From Veleropilina oligotropha (taxonomy: Eukaryota), in the NCBI GenBank assembly GCA_048128005.1, contig JBEUKZ010000038.1, positions 186,001-250,000 of the forward strand: a DNA stretch of 64,000 nt, given 5' to 3'. The notes under the pieces were generated by a model. It searched no databases and had not been told where the DNA came from. It saw only the letters and a program-made list of their open reading frames with translations. This document shows, in pieces, positions 1 through 11,167 of the stretch (position 1 is its first letter; each line of letters opens with the position of its first letter). Both the position numbers and the translations under genes were made by a program.

Positions 1-485
1 AAAATTTATTTTAAGTAACATGTTGTACTCATGTTAGCTATTCGCAAGTTGGTCATGCGAATCACTTATTAATATCGATTATTATAAATAATCTATTAAT
101 TCTTTGCTTAAGATTTGATATATTCACGGCCTAACTAAGGTTCCGTGTGCTTACAAATCCGACTGCTTCCTCTGGCTACCTGCCTTTGGGCCGGAGTACC
201 ATTTGGCTGCCACTGGTCCATGACACGTAAGACCTACAGGGATTCATCCTTCCGGCCGTGCCTGGGGCTGAGTGCACTTCCGCTTCACCTCGTCCGACTA
301 ACACCACGGCGTATTCTCCCGGTAACACTGGTCGAAATTCTCGCTTGGTAAGAGTAGAATATAATACTCAGTAAATTCCACTCTGGGCGGACACAATCGA
401 CGCTTCATGCTGATTGAAATGGTGAAAAGTAAGTCATTATCTTGTTTGGGTTTGCTGTAAGGAACTTCTTACCCACCTATCCAAG

Positions 486-883
486 GTTATTCTGGCAAGA
501 GTAAGGACGTAAGTATGTTTGTAACTACATATGAGGTTTTTAATTAAACCTAATATTAGTTAAAACATACTTACGTCCTTACTGCGATTACCCACCCTGC
601 GTTTCGCATTCCTCCCCTCTACTAAGTTCCTTTGGGGTTCTGAACTTTGAATTGAGGTCTTGTGACTTCGATGGCTCGGAAGTCTCGCGAGACTTGGCGA
701 GATCTCGCTGGGGGAACTTAGGAGAGGTGGAGCAGGGGAGGTAATCGTAGTGTTTGACTTAAAAGGAGTGCCTAAATGTGACTTTATTCACTGTTTCCGG
801 TTGGCGATAATATGACTATTATGGCAAGAGTAAGGACGTAAGTATGTTTTAACTAATATTAGGTTTAATTAAAAACCTCATTT
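486..883 (+). mobile_element. 3' end of DIRS1-like tyrosine-recombinase retrotransposon (ICR + right ITR with 3' extension); element probably extends upstream of the window
   Basis: TGGCAAGAGTAAGGACGTAAGTATGTTT at 493-520 recurs at 822-849. 531-583 is the reverse complement of ~829-881. The element ends in TTT (881-883) inside another repeat. No RT or YR ORF is visible in the window. Confidence 0.7.
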
Positions 884-1776
884 CGGTAACATTCCGAATT
901 TCCATAAAGGAGTTATGCCCCTTGATTGACTTGGAAACATTTTTTCATTTCCGGGCGGTAACTTGAGAATAATGCCTTCATGGATTTACATAAAATTTGG
1001 TATTCACGTGTATGATTGTAATGGCTAAGCTTAAGTGCAGTGCGATTTCGGTAAAATTCCCTTGTTCCATAAGGGAGTTATGCCCCTTCATTCACTTGGA
1101 AACTTTTCATTTCGTGGCGGTAACTTCAGAATGCCATCATGGATTTAAATTAAATTTGATATTCACGTGTATGATCATAATAGCGAAGTGGAGTTAAATT
1201 TCGGTGACATTCCGCCTTCACATAAGGGAGTTATGTCCCTTCATCAACATGCAATTTTTTTTCCATTTTCGGCCGATAACTTGATAATGCCTTCATGGAT
1301 ATAAATTACATTTGGTATACATGTGTAATATCATTGGAAACAAATTTTATGCCCGGTCCCCTGCAAAACGAAGTATGGAGAGCATTTATTGTTACACATG
1401 TTTGTCTCTCGAATGAATGCTTTAGATTCTGCGCTATATTAAGGCATTCATGGATTCAAATTAAATTAATTTTATATACACATGTATATCAGAATATCTG
1501 AGTGGAGTTTCATTTCTATAAATTCCCAACTTCAGTTAGGAGACATAGGACATTAATTATTAATTTAATTTGTTTTCTATTCTGGACGATAACTTTTGAA
1601 TACATTCATGGAATGAAACTATATTTGGAATATAGGTGTATACTTATTCATACATTAATTGTTAAATGCGTAAATTCAATGTTAAGAGAGTTATTGCTGT
1701 TCACTTCGAATTTCTTTCATTCCTGGCAGTTGTTTCAGAGGGGGCATTCGTGTCACTCTGACATATCTACTTGTTA
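884..1776 (+). mobile_element. Helentron-associated non-autonomous element (HINE/DINE-1-like), 3' part with ~150-bp tandem core
   Basis: Repeated GGAGTTATGCCCC units. The 3' end GGGGGCATTCGTGTCACTCTGACATATCTACTTGTT (short stem-loop then TT) resembles the end of the 7656-7878 element. Confidence 0.65.
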
Positions 1777-2193
1777 TTGACTTGAAAACTACCGGATCAA
1801 TTTTCACCCAATTGGTATATATCGGATGGCCAATAAAAAACCTCCCGAACTTTAAAGGTTAATAACTTTGCAACTAACCACTGTGTTGTTATGAAACTTC
1901 ACACAACTCATATATATGATGTTTTTAATATTTGCTGAAAGTTTCAAGTGTCTATGTCACATATTTTTTCTGCAGTCGGATAAGTATAAACAAAAGTCAT
2001 AAACAGCAATGGCAGACAATAGTTGTCATTTGTGACACTGACAAGATAAACATGCAGTGTTATGGATGGCAGCCTTCAATCAATTGTCAATAGCATGTGT
2101 TTTATCTGTCTGGCATGTATGTGTTGTTAAAAATTTCAGTCTTGTTTCGAATAGGCTGGGAGATGTTTGCTATCTTGGTTATATTATTATAAC

Positions 2194-3558
2194 ATGGTAT
2201 TTAATCAGAGTGATAAAGCAGTTATTGAGGCATGTTTCAAGGAAAAGGGCTGGTGTGGTGCGAGGATTATAAGGGAATTTGGTGCTCTTTTGGTACTTCC
2301 CCCACAGCTCCAGCTTTTATCATATTTAAGGAGCTCCGGCTTGTATTCGTCTTAAATTTTCACACCGCGTATTATCTGCTACTAAAGGCAAATGCAGCTT
2401 GCGATAAGATACACGTGATGGGTACGTAGTTGTATTGGCTTTACAAACGTATATACACCGGACCGCCCCGTGAGCCTGGACTGACCGAGGTTCACCTGTT
2501 GCTAGTCCACATGGATTTAACATTAACCACGCATCCAAAGTCGGAGATGAAAAACCGGATTTCCAAAGTTGAGTAAAAGCCGAAGCTGTGGGGGAAGTAC
2601 CGAAAGAGCGCCTGGAATTCCGTGATAAAAAGTGGAATGTACGAACAGTCAACCGCCTTATTGAGAGAATAAGGACTTCAGGTTCTACCAGTAGAAAACA
2701 AGGTAGTGGAAGGCCAAGAACCGCAAATACTGAAACAAATAAGATTTACGTGGAAGAAGCAATTGTGTCGCAGGAGGACAAGCCAGGGACTCATAAGCCT
2801 CAGCGGAAAATTGCCAAAGATCTGGGAATTTCACGCTCATCAGTTCAGAACATTACTAAAGAATTGGAATTAAAATCTTTCAAACGCTTAAAAGTTTCAC
2901 GGCGGGATAAAACAGTCAAACAAAAAAGGAAGACCCGTTCAAAAAAGTTATACAGCAGGTATTCCAAACAGCTTTACGGACGAGAAAGACTTCACGTACG
3001 AGGTGGCGCGTAACCGCCAAAACGATAGGGTGTATGGAAGGAAGAAAGGGGATATAGCCACCATAAGACTGTACCATGAAACATCAAGGTTTACCAAGAA
3101 AATAATGGTTTCTGCAGGGGTATCGTGGAATGGGAAAACGAAGCTTCACTTTATTGATACCAAAAAAGTGAAAGTTAACTCTGAGACTTATCAAAAACTA
3201 TTGGAAAAGGGACTCTTTCCTGATTGCCGTCGGCTCTATCCTGATGGAAGATTTGTTTTCCAACAGGATGGGGCAACTTCGCACACAAGTAGGTCTACGC
3301 TAGCCTTCTTAGATCAGTCGGTGGATGAGTTCATAAAAAAAGACGAGTGGCCACCCCAAAGTCCTGACCTTAACCCAATGGAGAAAGTGTACGAAGGATG
3401 TACAGATGTGTTTAATGAATATGAACTAAAAAGAGGCTGAAGAAATGCTGGGACAAAATATCTCTTAGAGAGGTTAGAAGTACGATATAAAGTTGGAAAA
3501 AAGACTCGGAGCAGTTTTTGAAGCAGCTGGAGGCCATATTGATCAATTCTTTCAGTAA
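2194..3558 (+). pseudogene. Disrupted Tc1/mariner (DD37D-type) transposase
   Basis: MVFNQSDK..IIREF|RDKKW is split by a MITE. Motifs GSGRPRT, FTDEKDF (frameshifted), FQQDGATSH, WPPQSPDLNPM and GGHIDQF* are present, with frameshifts and deletions. Confidence 0.9.
2281..2612. mobile_element. MITE with GG..CC termini inserted in the transposase gene (possibly Merlin-like)
   Basis: ~39-bp TIR GG(T/C)GCTCTTT(T/C)GGTACTTCCCCCACAGCT. Flanks GGGAATTT / TGGAATTC share the core GGAATT. Excision restores the transposase frame IREF-RDKK. Confidence 0.85.
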
Positions 3559-4361
3559 ATATAAGATAACTATGCAGCTTTTTGGACGTTGCCCTTGCAG
3601 TTTTTGACGTTTGTTTATATTTATCCGACGACAGAAAAAGTACGTAATATAGAGACTTGAAACTTTCAGAATATATTAAAAACATTACATTTTTTACTTG
3701 TGTGAAGTTTCATAACAATATAGTGGTTCATTGCAAAGTTATTAACCTTTAAAGTTCGGGAAGTTTTTTATTGGCCACCCGATATATACATTCCCAGTAT
3801 TTGCGGATATTTGTGACACAATTTTTGCAAAATGTCCATTTAAATATATAACATGAAGACAAAAATACCATGGTTAAGACATATTCCGAACGTTTTGTTC
3901 CTGTTTTTTAATTATCTTCTTGGTGTATTAACCATTCTTTTGTAGTTTCTCTAGTATAACAGATCTTTGCTTTTTTAGGGTAAGCTTAAGGTTTTTTTTA
4001 AATATAATGAGATTTTAATATATTAATTTACATTAAAGTGTTGCATATATGTCAGCAGACTCATTTTCTGATGAAGCCTTTGCCATACTGTTTATGATGC
4101 CTGATGGTGACAGCAGAGAATGACTTCTCTTTATTCTGGAGATTATCCATATCATTGTAGAACATTATTTCACCAAGTTAGTTTAATTCTGAAAAATGTG
4201 TTGGGATTATCACTACGTACTATACATTAATTAACATCATCTTGGAATGAACGAGAATATTGCTGCAATTTAATTTGGAATGTTTTTTGTCAGTATGCAA
4301 TCAAATGTCAGTATATTTTCTTATTATGATTGATACATAGCATGATTATATTCAACTGCAG

Positions 4362-4619
4362 GATGCAAAGAAGGTGAGTTTGGTCCGAATTGTGAAAAGC
4401 TGTGCCAGTGCGAGAATGATGGGTCATGCAGCATTGTGACCGGCCTGTGTGCATGTGTTGATGGCTGGATTGGGCCGACCTGTTCGCAGATGTGTCCAGA
4501 CGGCCGCTATGGTATGAACTGTTCTGGGATCTGTCGTTGTCACAACGGAGGCACATGCAGCACGGACACCGGAGAGTGCAACTGTATACCGGGTTACCAT
4601 GGCAACCAATGTGGAGCTG
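4362..4619 (+). CDS. Internal exon of MEGF6/10/11-like multiple EGF-like domain protein (2 EGF units)
   Basis: cag|GA..G|gtaggt, phase 1-1, 258 bp; CKEGEFGPNCEKLCQCENDGSCSIVTGLCAC..CIPGYHGNQC. Confidence 0.92.
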
Positions 4620-4880
4620 GTAGGTGGTACTGTGTGTGCATCCTGCTGGTATTAATACATTATAGCATTGTGATCCATGTCATCATCTGTTCCTGATGGC
4701 AAGACCTGTGCTGGCTGTTGTAGCTTTTGAATATTTCTATTTGTCAAGGTCCTTTCACACAGCCACCCCAGTCCCCATGAATCCTAAGGTATTTTAAGTC
4801 ATCTATGGCAATCAACACACTCTCCCCTTGTCTATCTGGACACATGGCCCAAATATGTCATTCTCTTCATTATAAATTTA

Positions 4881-6496
4881 GGGCTATTCCATTTAAATTC
4901 GTATCCTCCCCAAGGGCAGCCAAAAAATTTAGACCAATTACCCTGGATTTCGAAATTTTCCCTATTGGAACCTCCCTCATTAAACCAAATTGTCATCTAT
5001 AACCAGCCTTGATAATAAATTTTTTTAACTCTGTGACAACCACTCTTCAATAAAAAAAATGTCAGCGAGTAACCACCCTCTGTTTTTAAGGGGATCGTTC
5101 GGGTATCGATAGCATGAAATTAGCAAAATTCGCAAAAATATTTTTTTATGCCGTAAATATGTCTATAAACCATTGTTTATGAATTGTTGTCTGTTTTGGA
5201 TTTTACTTGCCTGTATATACATGTGAATAAGTGATCTATTTGTGCCTTGTTTGCCTAATTTTATTCCGCTGTAAGTCATTTTATCGCTCGAAGATCGATT
5301 TTATAAACTGGTCAAACTTTCTTCAGTGTTGGATAAATTTGGTCTTTAAATGAAAGCATGATTTCCCGATATTTCAGTCAGCTCATTAATATTCATTAGT
5401 TTCCAGATGTGGCGTTGATTCCATTGGATAGAAAACCGATGAAGAAACATAACAAAACTACCGCAAACGGAAATAGAACAGTCAGCTAACACAGCATGGC
5501 TGCCAGTAATAAAGATATGTTTGTACGACGCTGACTCGTCGAATAGCATCATGAATAATGCGTAACATAAAGTTCATCTATCATAATAACGCTATTACAG
5601 TGTAATATATACATAATATAATATGAGATAGATAAAAAACACAAAGTATATATATTATATATCTGAAATATATAACATTAGTACAAATAAAAACACAATA
5701 TAGTTTTTCGTAACTTGTTTTATTTCGCAAAGTATAATATTTATGTTAGTTTAAATGAAAGAAAATAATATAAGATAAAATTGATGTGAAAGAATAGCAT
5801 AGCATTTCAACATTTTAGTATTTTCGACCGCTGTTTCCTCATCCTGTAATCCAAAATAACAAATCGGGGACGGGGTAAATAATTTTAAGATGGCTATGTA
5901 CCTATTAGTATGTTCAGTAACTGAAGTGTGCCAACTGGCGTTCATTATATCAGAAAGCGTTATAGGTAATGTTAGCTAACGTTTGCTTTCATTGAACTCA
6001 ACCCATAACCAGCAAGGATGGCTGGCGGAAGTTTGACAGGGTTTCGGCAGACTTATAACGGAATAAAGTTGAACAAACAAGTGGTGAAAATAAGTTTTAT
6101 TCATAAAAATAAAGGCAAGTAACAGTAGTTAAATAGTTTACTGCATCATATTTAAAACAATAATGAAATAGTTTATTACTTTGTAAAATATTATTTTTTG
6201 AAATGGATACGACACGGCATAGACATCATACATGTCTACCAAATGACAAGTCACAACCTACGCATCATGCATATTCTGACCACCCATGCACCCTTCTAAA
6301 TTAAAATAAGTTTCAAGTAACCACCCACCCCTCATATATAGCAGCTAAAATTCACCATTCAACCATCCTGGATATCGATTTACTTGATCCAGTAACCACC
6401 CTGAAATTTCCCGATATCAACCACCGTGGAATAAACAAATGAGCTGCTGCCATTGGGGGGGGGGGGGGGGGGATACAAATTTAAATGGAATAGCCC
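4881..6496. mobile_element. PIF/Harbinger-type non-autonomous element carrying an internal decayed insertion
   Basis: TIR GGGCTATTCCATTTAAATT(C/T)GTATCC and TTA target duplication on both sides. Internal ~5090-6300 has its own degenerate inverted matches (e.g. 5258-5278 vs 6050-6070). Confidence 0.85.
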
Positions 6497-6733
6497 TTAT
6501 CTTTTCATTTCTTCATATCTTTTGGTTCTCTGAGTCACGATTCTTATTATTTTTCATAGGACACCAAGCATACAAGTTTATAAAATCCAATCGGATTTCA
6601 TTGGGCGGTGCTTATATGTGTCTTGATATTATGTCATACTATATTTAATGTCTTTAACTTGACAGCCTAAACAAATATTATTGCTTTCTGGTTCAAGTCT
6701 TGACTAATAATTTTCCATTTTCTGTTACCGTAG

Positions 6734-6994
6734 CCTGCGCGGAGGGCATGTTTGGAAGGCACTGTCAGGGCATATGCCGCTGTAATAGAGACAATGGCAT
6801 GTGCCATTCGGTAACTGGGAAGTGTGTCTGCAATATGGGGTGGACAGGCGACACGTGCGATGACCCGTGTCCTGTTGGGATGTTCGGACCGGGCTGTATC
6901 CACAGCTGCTCGTGTCAGAATCGAGCCTTCTGTGATGCAGTGTCTGGCTGCTGTTCGTGCTCGCCTGGATTCTACGGCCAAAGCTGTGAGCTGG
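6734..6994 (+). CDS. Internal exon of MEGF-like gene (2 EGF units)
   Basis: tag|CC..G|gtgagt, 261 bp, phase 1-1; CAEGMFGRHCQGICRC..CSPGFYGQSCEL. Confidence 0.93.
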
Positions 6995-7400
6995 GTGAGT
7001 TTGACGCAACAATCTGTTTGGTTTGGATCGATGTTTAACGTCCCATTTTTAACAACATTTAGGTTCATAATGCGATATATATTCATATTATCCCCCTGGG
7101 AAAATCTTCCCCATCTCGTCTGTTATGGACAACTGTGAGTGTTAACTAAACTAAGTATCCAACCGAGGATTTAAATCCAGTCCTATTAGGCAGGGCAGTC
7201 GAGCAAGTGAATTTTAAATCAATTGTACAGTATATATTTCCAGCATGGTAGCACCTTCGATGTTTGTTAGATGTTATGTCATTAACATTTATGTAAATGT
7301 GCCTAACAGAAAATGCTTATAGTAATTAGTTGTGGACAAAGTATATATATACAAATATTTTTACTTGAAGTAGTTTGTTATTTTGTAAATTTTACATCAG

Positions 7401-7529
7401 ATTGCCCTAAGGGCACGCACGGAGATTACTGCAAGGAGCGGTGTGACTGTGAGAACGGGGCCAAGTGCGGCACTGTGGCGGGCCAGTGCATCTGCACTGC
7501 AGGGTATACCGGGGACCGATGCCAGAAAG
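7401..7529 (+). CDS. Internal exon of MEGF-like gene (1 EGF unit)
   Basis: cag|AT..G|gtgagc, 129 bp; CPKGTHGDYCKERCDCENGAKC..CTAGYTGDRCQK. Confidence 0.93.
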
Positions 7530-7655
7530 GTGAGCCAATGAAATCGTCTGCTTCTAGTCCTCGTATTTTCGTGATAACATGATGATGCAGACTTGGAATC
7601 CCATTATACGTACATGAATTCCTATCAAGTAGCATATCTCCATGTCAGAGTATAG

Positions 7656-7878
7656 TTATGCCACCACCAATTTATTGGGGTGGCATTTAGATTTACTCTT
7701 GTCCGTCCCGTCCGTCCGTCCCGTCCCGTCCGTCCCGAAACCAGTATTTGCGTGTAAGCAGCTCCAATCTGCTATAACTTATATTTGCCTTCATGGATTG
7801 ACTTGATACTTTGTACACTGCCCCTATGGTCAAGGCTGCCAGTGGGGGCATTCGTGTCCGATGGACATATTTCTAGTT
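7656..7878 (+). mobile_element. Short HINE/DINE-1-like element
   Basis: 5' TTATGCCACC..GGTGGCAT hairpin, (GTCC)n microsatellite, 3' GGGGCATTCGTGTCCGATGGACA stem-loop and T-rich end. Confidence 0.75.
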
Positions 7879-8093
7879 TTTGTTAAGTCTTGAAAAGTGA
7901 AATTGTAGGGTTAATCCATATTCCATTGAATAGTGTTCCTAACATTCATTGCTTATATTATTATATTAATGACAAGAAAAATTATATTTGCTTGTCCCAC
8001 AATGCTGTAGTACTACAGCGTTGATTGTTCAGGTTATCATTATGGCTTTGGCCATGAGAACAGAACAGTGTATCTAGATGTAATTGTTTGATG

Positions 8094-8942
8094 AATTAGA
8101 TGCAATGATTCTGATTGGTTGATCAATTAGATGGAATGGATCTGATTGGTTGATCAATTAGATGGGATGGTTCTGATTGGTTGATCGATTAGATGGAATG
8201 GTTCTAATTGGTTGATCAATTAGATGGGATGGTTCTGATTATTGGTTGATCGAATAGATGGAATGGTTCTGATTGGTTGATCAATTAGATGGGATGGTTC
8301 TGATTGGTTGATCAATTAGATGGGATGGTTCTGATTGGTTGATCGATTAGATGGAATGGTTATAATTGGTTGATCAATTAGATTGGATGGTTCTGATTAT
8401 TGGTTGATCGAATAGATGGAATGGTTCTGGTTGGTTGATCAATTAGATGGAATGGATCTGATTGGTTGATCAATTAGATGGGATGGTTCTGATTGGTTGA
8501 TCGATTAGATAGAATGGTTCTGATTATTGGTTGATCGAATAGATGGAATGGTTCTGATTGGTTGATCAATTAGATGGGATGGTTCTGGTTGGTTGATCAA
8601 TTAGATGGGATGGTTCTGATTGGTTGATCGATTAGATGGAAGGGTTCTAATTGGTTGATCAATTAGATGGGATGGTTCTGATTATTGGTTGATCGAATAA
8701 ATGGAATGGTTCTGATTGGTTGATCAATTAGATGGGATGGTTCTGCTTGGTTGATCAATTACATGGGATGGTTCTGGTTGGTTGATCAATTAGATGGAAT
8801 GGATCTGATTGGTTGATCAATTAGATGGGATGGTTCTGATTGGTTGATCGATTAGATCGGATGATTCTGATTGGTTGATCAATTAGATGGGATGGTTCTG
8901 GTTGGTTGATCAATTAGATGGGATGGTTCTGATTGTTTGATA
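8094..8942. repeat. Intronic minisatellite, 31-bp unit, ~27 copies
   Basis: Unit ATGG(G/A)ATGGTTCTGATTGGTTGATC(A/G)ATTAG with periodic 34-bp variants. Confidence 0.97.
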
Positions 8943-9471
8943 GTTGCCATGATCTTGGCAATTCTGTATGTTTTCTAGAAGCACAGAGTACATAATATTT
9001 CTGATTGGCAGGTCAATGTCATATGATGGTAAATCTGTATGAATAACCATGTTTTCGCAAAATACATCACATACATTGACGATTGCTCATTTTCCTGCCT
9101 TAAACCTTAATTATAAATGAATATCCATCCTAATATTTTAAAAAAGGCTAGGGAACCCGGTTTGTTAAACTAACTTTTAAATGTTATGGAAAACATTTAC
9201 CTAACCCTGAACTGCTCACATAAGGTTAATGTGTATATCCTCTTAGAAGTGCTTATGTCTTCTGCTGATTAAGTTTGCATAGGTGTATGTACAACATTTT
9301 TTGGCAACACGCATGCGCAAAGAGTTTTTCGTATTTGTAAGAAACTGGTTTAATCATGCAAATTCCATATGAATGAATAACTACTTCGCATTATGGCATT
9401 TCTAAATATGTTGTCTGTTTCTAGGAGTTCCTTTGCTGGGAGCACGTATTGCACATACTTGTTGTTTTCAG

Positions 9472-9597
9472 GCTGTCCATCCGGGACGTACGGGTTGAAC
9501 TGTAAGCAGCGTTGTCAGTGTGGCATTGCGGGATGCGACTCGGTGACGGGAGAATGCCACTGCCCTACAGGGCTGCATGGGAAAAATTGTGCAAGTC
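9472..9597 (+). CDS. Internal exon of MEGF-like gene (1 EGF unit)
   Basis: ttttcag|GC..C|gtaagt, 126 bp; CPSGTYGLNCKQRCQCGIAGCDSVTGECHCPTGLHGKNC. Confidence 0.93.
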
Positions 9598-9910
9598 GTA
9601 AGTAGGATAAATATTCATATTTTATTTACAAAATCTTTACACAACAGGGCCTATGTAACATAACAGGTGGGGTCAAAATTTCCAGGTCCGCGTTATGTTT
9701 GACCACGGTATCTGAAATGAGTCTTATTTAAAGAGACTATTGCCCGTATATGTGTTCTTTCGCACGAGTTGTCTCTGGCACAAGTTGTCCTGATGCCATC
9801 TATCGCCCGGTTCGCACAGATTGATACAAATTTCGCGAAGATATGATCGATATATGATCAAATGATAGACTTTTATTGAAATTATTATTGTAACTGGGCA
9901 ATATATGTTA

Positions 9911-10105
9911 GGGCTGTTCCAGAAAAATCTACAGGGGGGGGGGGGGGGGGCAGTAGGCAACTTTATTTTATTTCTGTTGGTGGAGGGGGGTATCCGCCTG
10001 TATGGTAAGTTTCAAAGAGCATATATATAAATTAATTCTGTTGATGGGGGGGTTCTTGAAAAGTTGCCTACCTCCCCCCCCATGTAGATTTTTCTGGAAC
10101 AGCCC
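9911..10105. mobile_element. Tourist/Harbinger-like MITE
   Basis: TIR GGGCTGTTCCAGAAAAATCTACA followed by a G run; TTA target duplication. Confidence 0.9.
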
Positions 10106-10107
10106 TT

Positions 10108-10515
10108 AATATCTTACCTCCAACAAGTTTCCACGATAGCGATTGGGTTAGACCCATCACGTGTCGACGGTGTATAATCCATATGAGGTTACTTCACCTC
10201 CATATGGGGACGGTATAGAGTTATCGCCCCTGTCAGTGCCTGTGGCTTACAAATCGATAAACAATATGGCGGCCAAAAAACGGTTCGCGCAGACGACACC
10301 ACAGGAATGTGACCGGTTTAGACAGGTTAAAGTGTAAAAAAAGGTTGTCGGTAAGATATATTCGTTACATGGTGCTTAATGACGTAATATGGTATATGCA
10401 GGGTGAGTAGAATTCATATCAGGCTCGAGCTTCGCTCTCGCCTGATATGAATTCTACTCACCCTGTATATACCATATTACATCACTAAAGCACCATGTAA
10501 CTAATATTATCTTAC
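10108..10515 (+). mobile_element. Non-autonomous element with short IR plus long terminal hairpin (Crypton-like, tentative)
   Basis: TATCTTACC..CAAC (~10110) is inverted to GTTG..GGTAAGATA (~10344-10358), followed by a near-perfect palindrome at 10364-10501. Confidence 0.5.
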
Positions 10516-10867
10516 TTTAGCTCTTAATACTGCAATCTGATTGGTTAACATTCCTTCTACAATTACCATATTCCCCACCCAGGCGGGGTATATGAATTAT
10601 TTATACCTTACGTAATTATGTGTACTATTGTGATTTGGAGCGCCCTCATAGACAAGGGAGATAATTGTGAACATGTCGTCTGCCAAAACATCAATGCAAA
10701 TGTTAAGTCTTGGATGTAATATCCTCATATTCAAAATGTTTCTTCTTGACATTTAAAATTATCATTCACTTATGATAGTTGTTGATATATACTGTAACAT
10801 AAAAATAACGGATAGATTAGCTACATATGCACAATCATTTCATACTCTTGTCTTGATACTATTTCAG

Positions 10868-11002
10868 CTTGTCCAAGGGGTCGATATGGCCCAAATTGTA
10901 AATTTTTCTGTGACTGCAAAAATGGTGGATCGTGTAACCCCCTCTCTGGGAGATGTACGTGCTCGGATGAGTGGATCGGGGCCACATGCCAGCTGGCCTC
11001 TG
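10868..11002 (+). CDS. Last EGF exon of MEGF-like gene
   Basis: tttcag|CT..G|gtaaga, 135 bp; CPRGRYGPNCKFFCDCKNGGSCNPLSGRCTCSDEWIGATCQLAS (this frame is not in the ORF track). Confidence 0.92.
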
Positions 11003-11167
11003 GTAAGATGAGTGTTACTGATATATGATCAAAGGTATCATTTCACAGCACGTAGTCATAGCTCTGCTTTTGTATAAATTGCGTGAAAAAAGATTGTTGG
11101 ACAATGGTCAAGATCATCAACTTTTTTAAGTGGAAAAACGTGCAGCACAATCTGTAGTTACACACAT

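Larger units (their letters stand above)
1820..3784 (+). mobile_element. Tc1/mariner DNA transposon, maT/DD37D-like
   Basis: ~90-bp TIRs (TATCGG(A/G)TGGCCAATAAAAAAC..CCCGAACTTTAAAGGTTAATAACTTTGCAA), TA target duplication and an internal transposase. Confidence 0.93.
1781..3907 (+). mobile_element. HINE-like element split by the Tc1/mariner insertion
   Basis: TTGAAAACTACC..TCAATTTTCACC..ATTGG (1782-1815), CATTCCC.. (from 3789) and AAGACATATTCCGAACG match the uninterrupted minus-strand copy at 33423-33866. Confidence 0.65.

Noticed and set aside
145..351. 68-aa ORF as a DIRS tyrosine recombinase piece
   Set aside because: No R-H-R-Y recombinase motifs; starts at GTG; likely non-coding part of the element.
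4308..7635. Minus-strand and alternate-frame ORFs over the EGF exons
   Set aside because: Shadows of GC-rich Cys/Gly codons of the real + strand exons.
8094..8942. CRISPR-like array
   Set aside because: Head-to-tail 31-bp units with no unique spacers, eukaryotic context and no cas genes.
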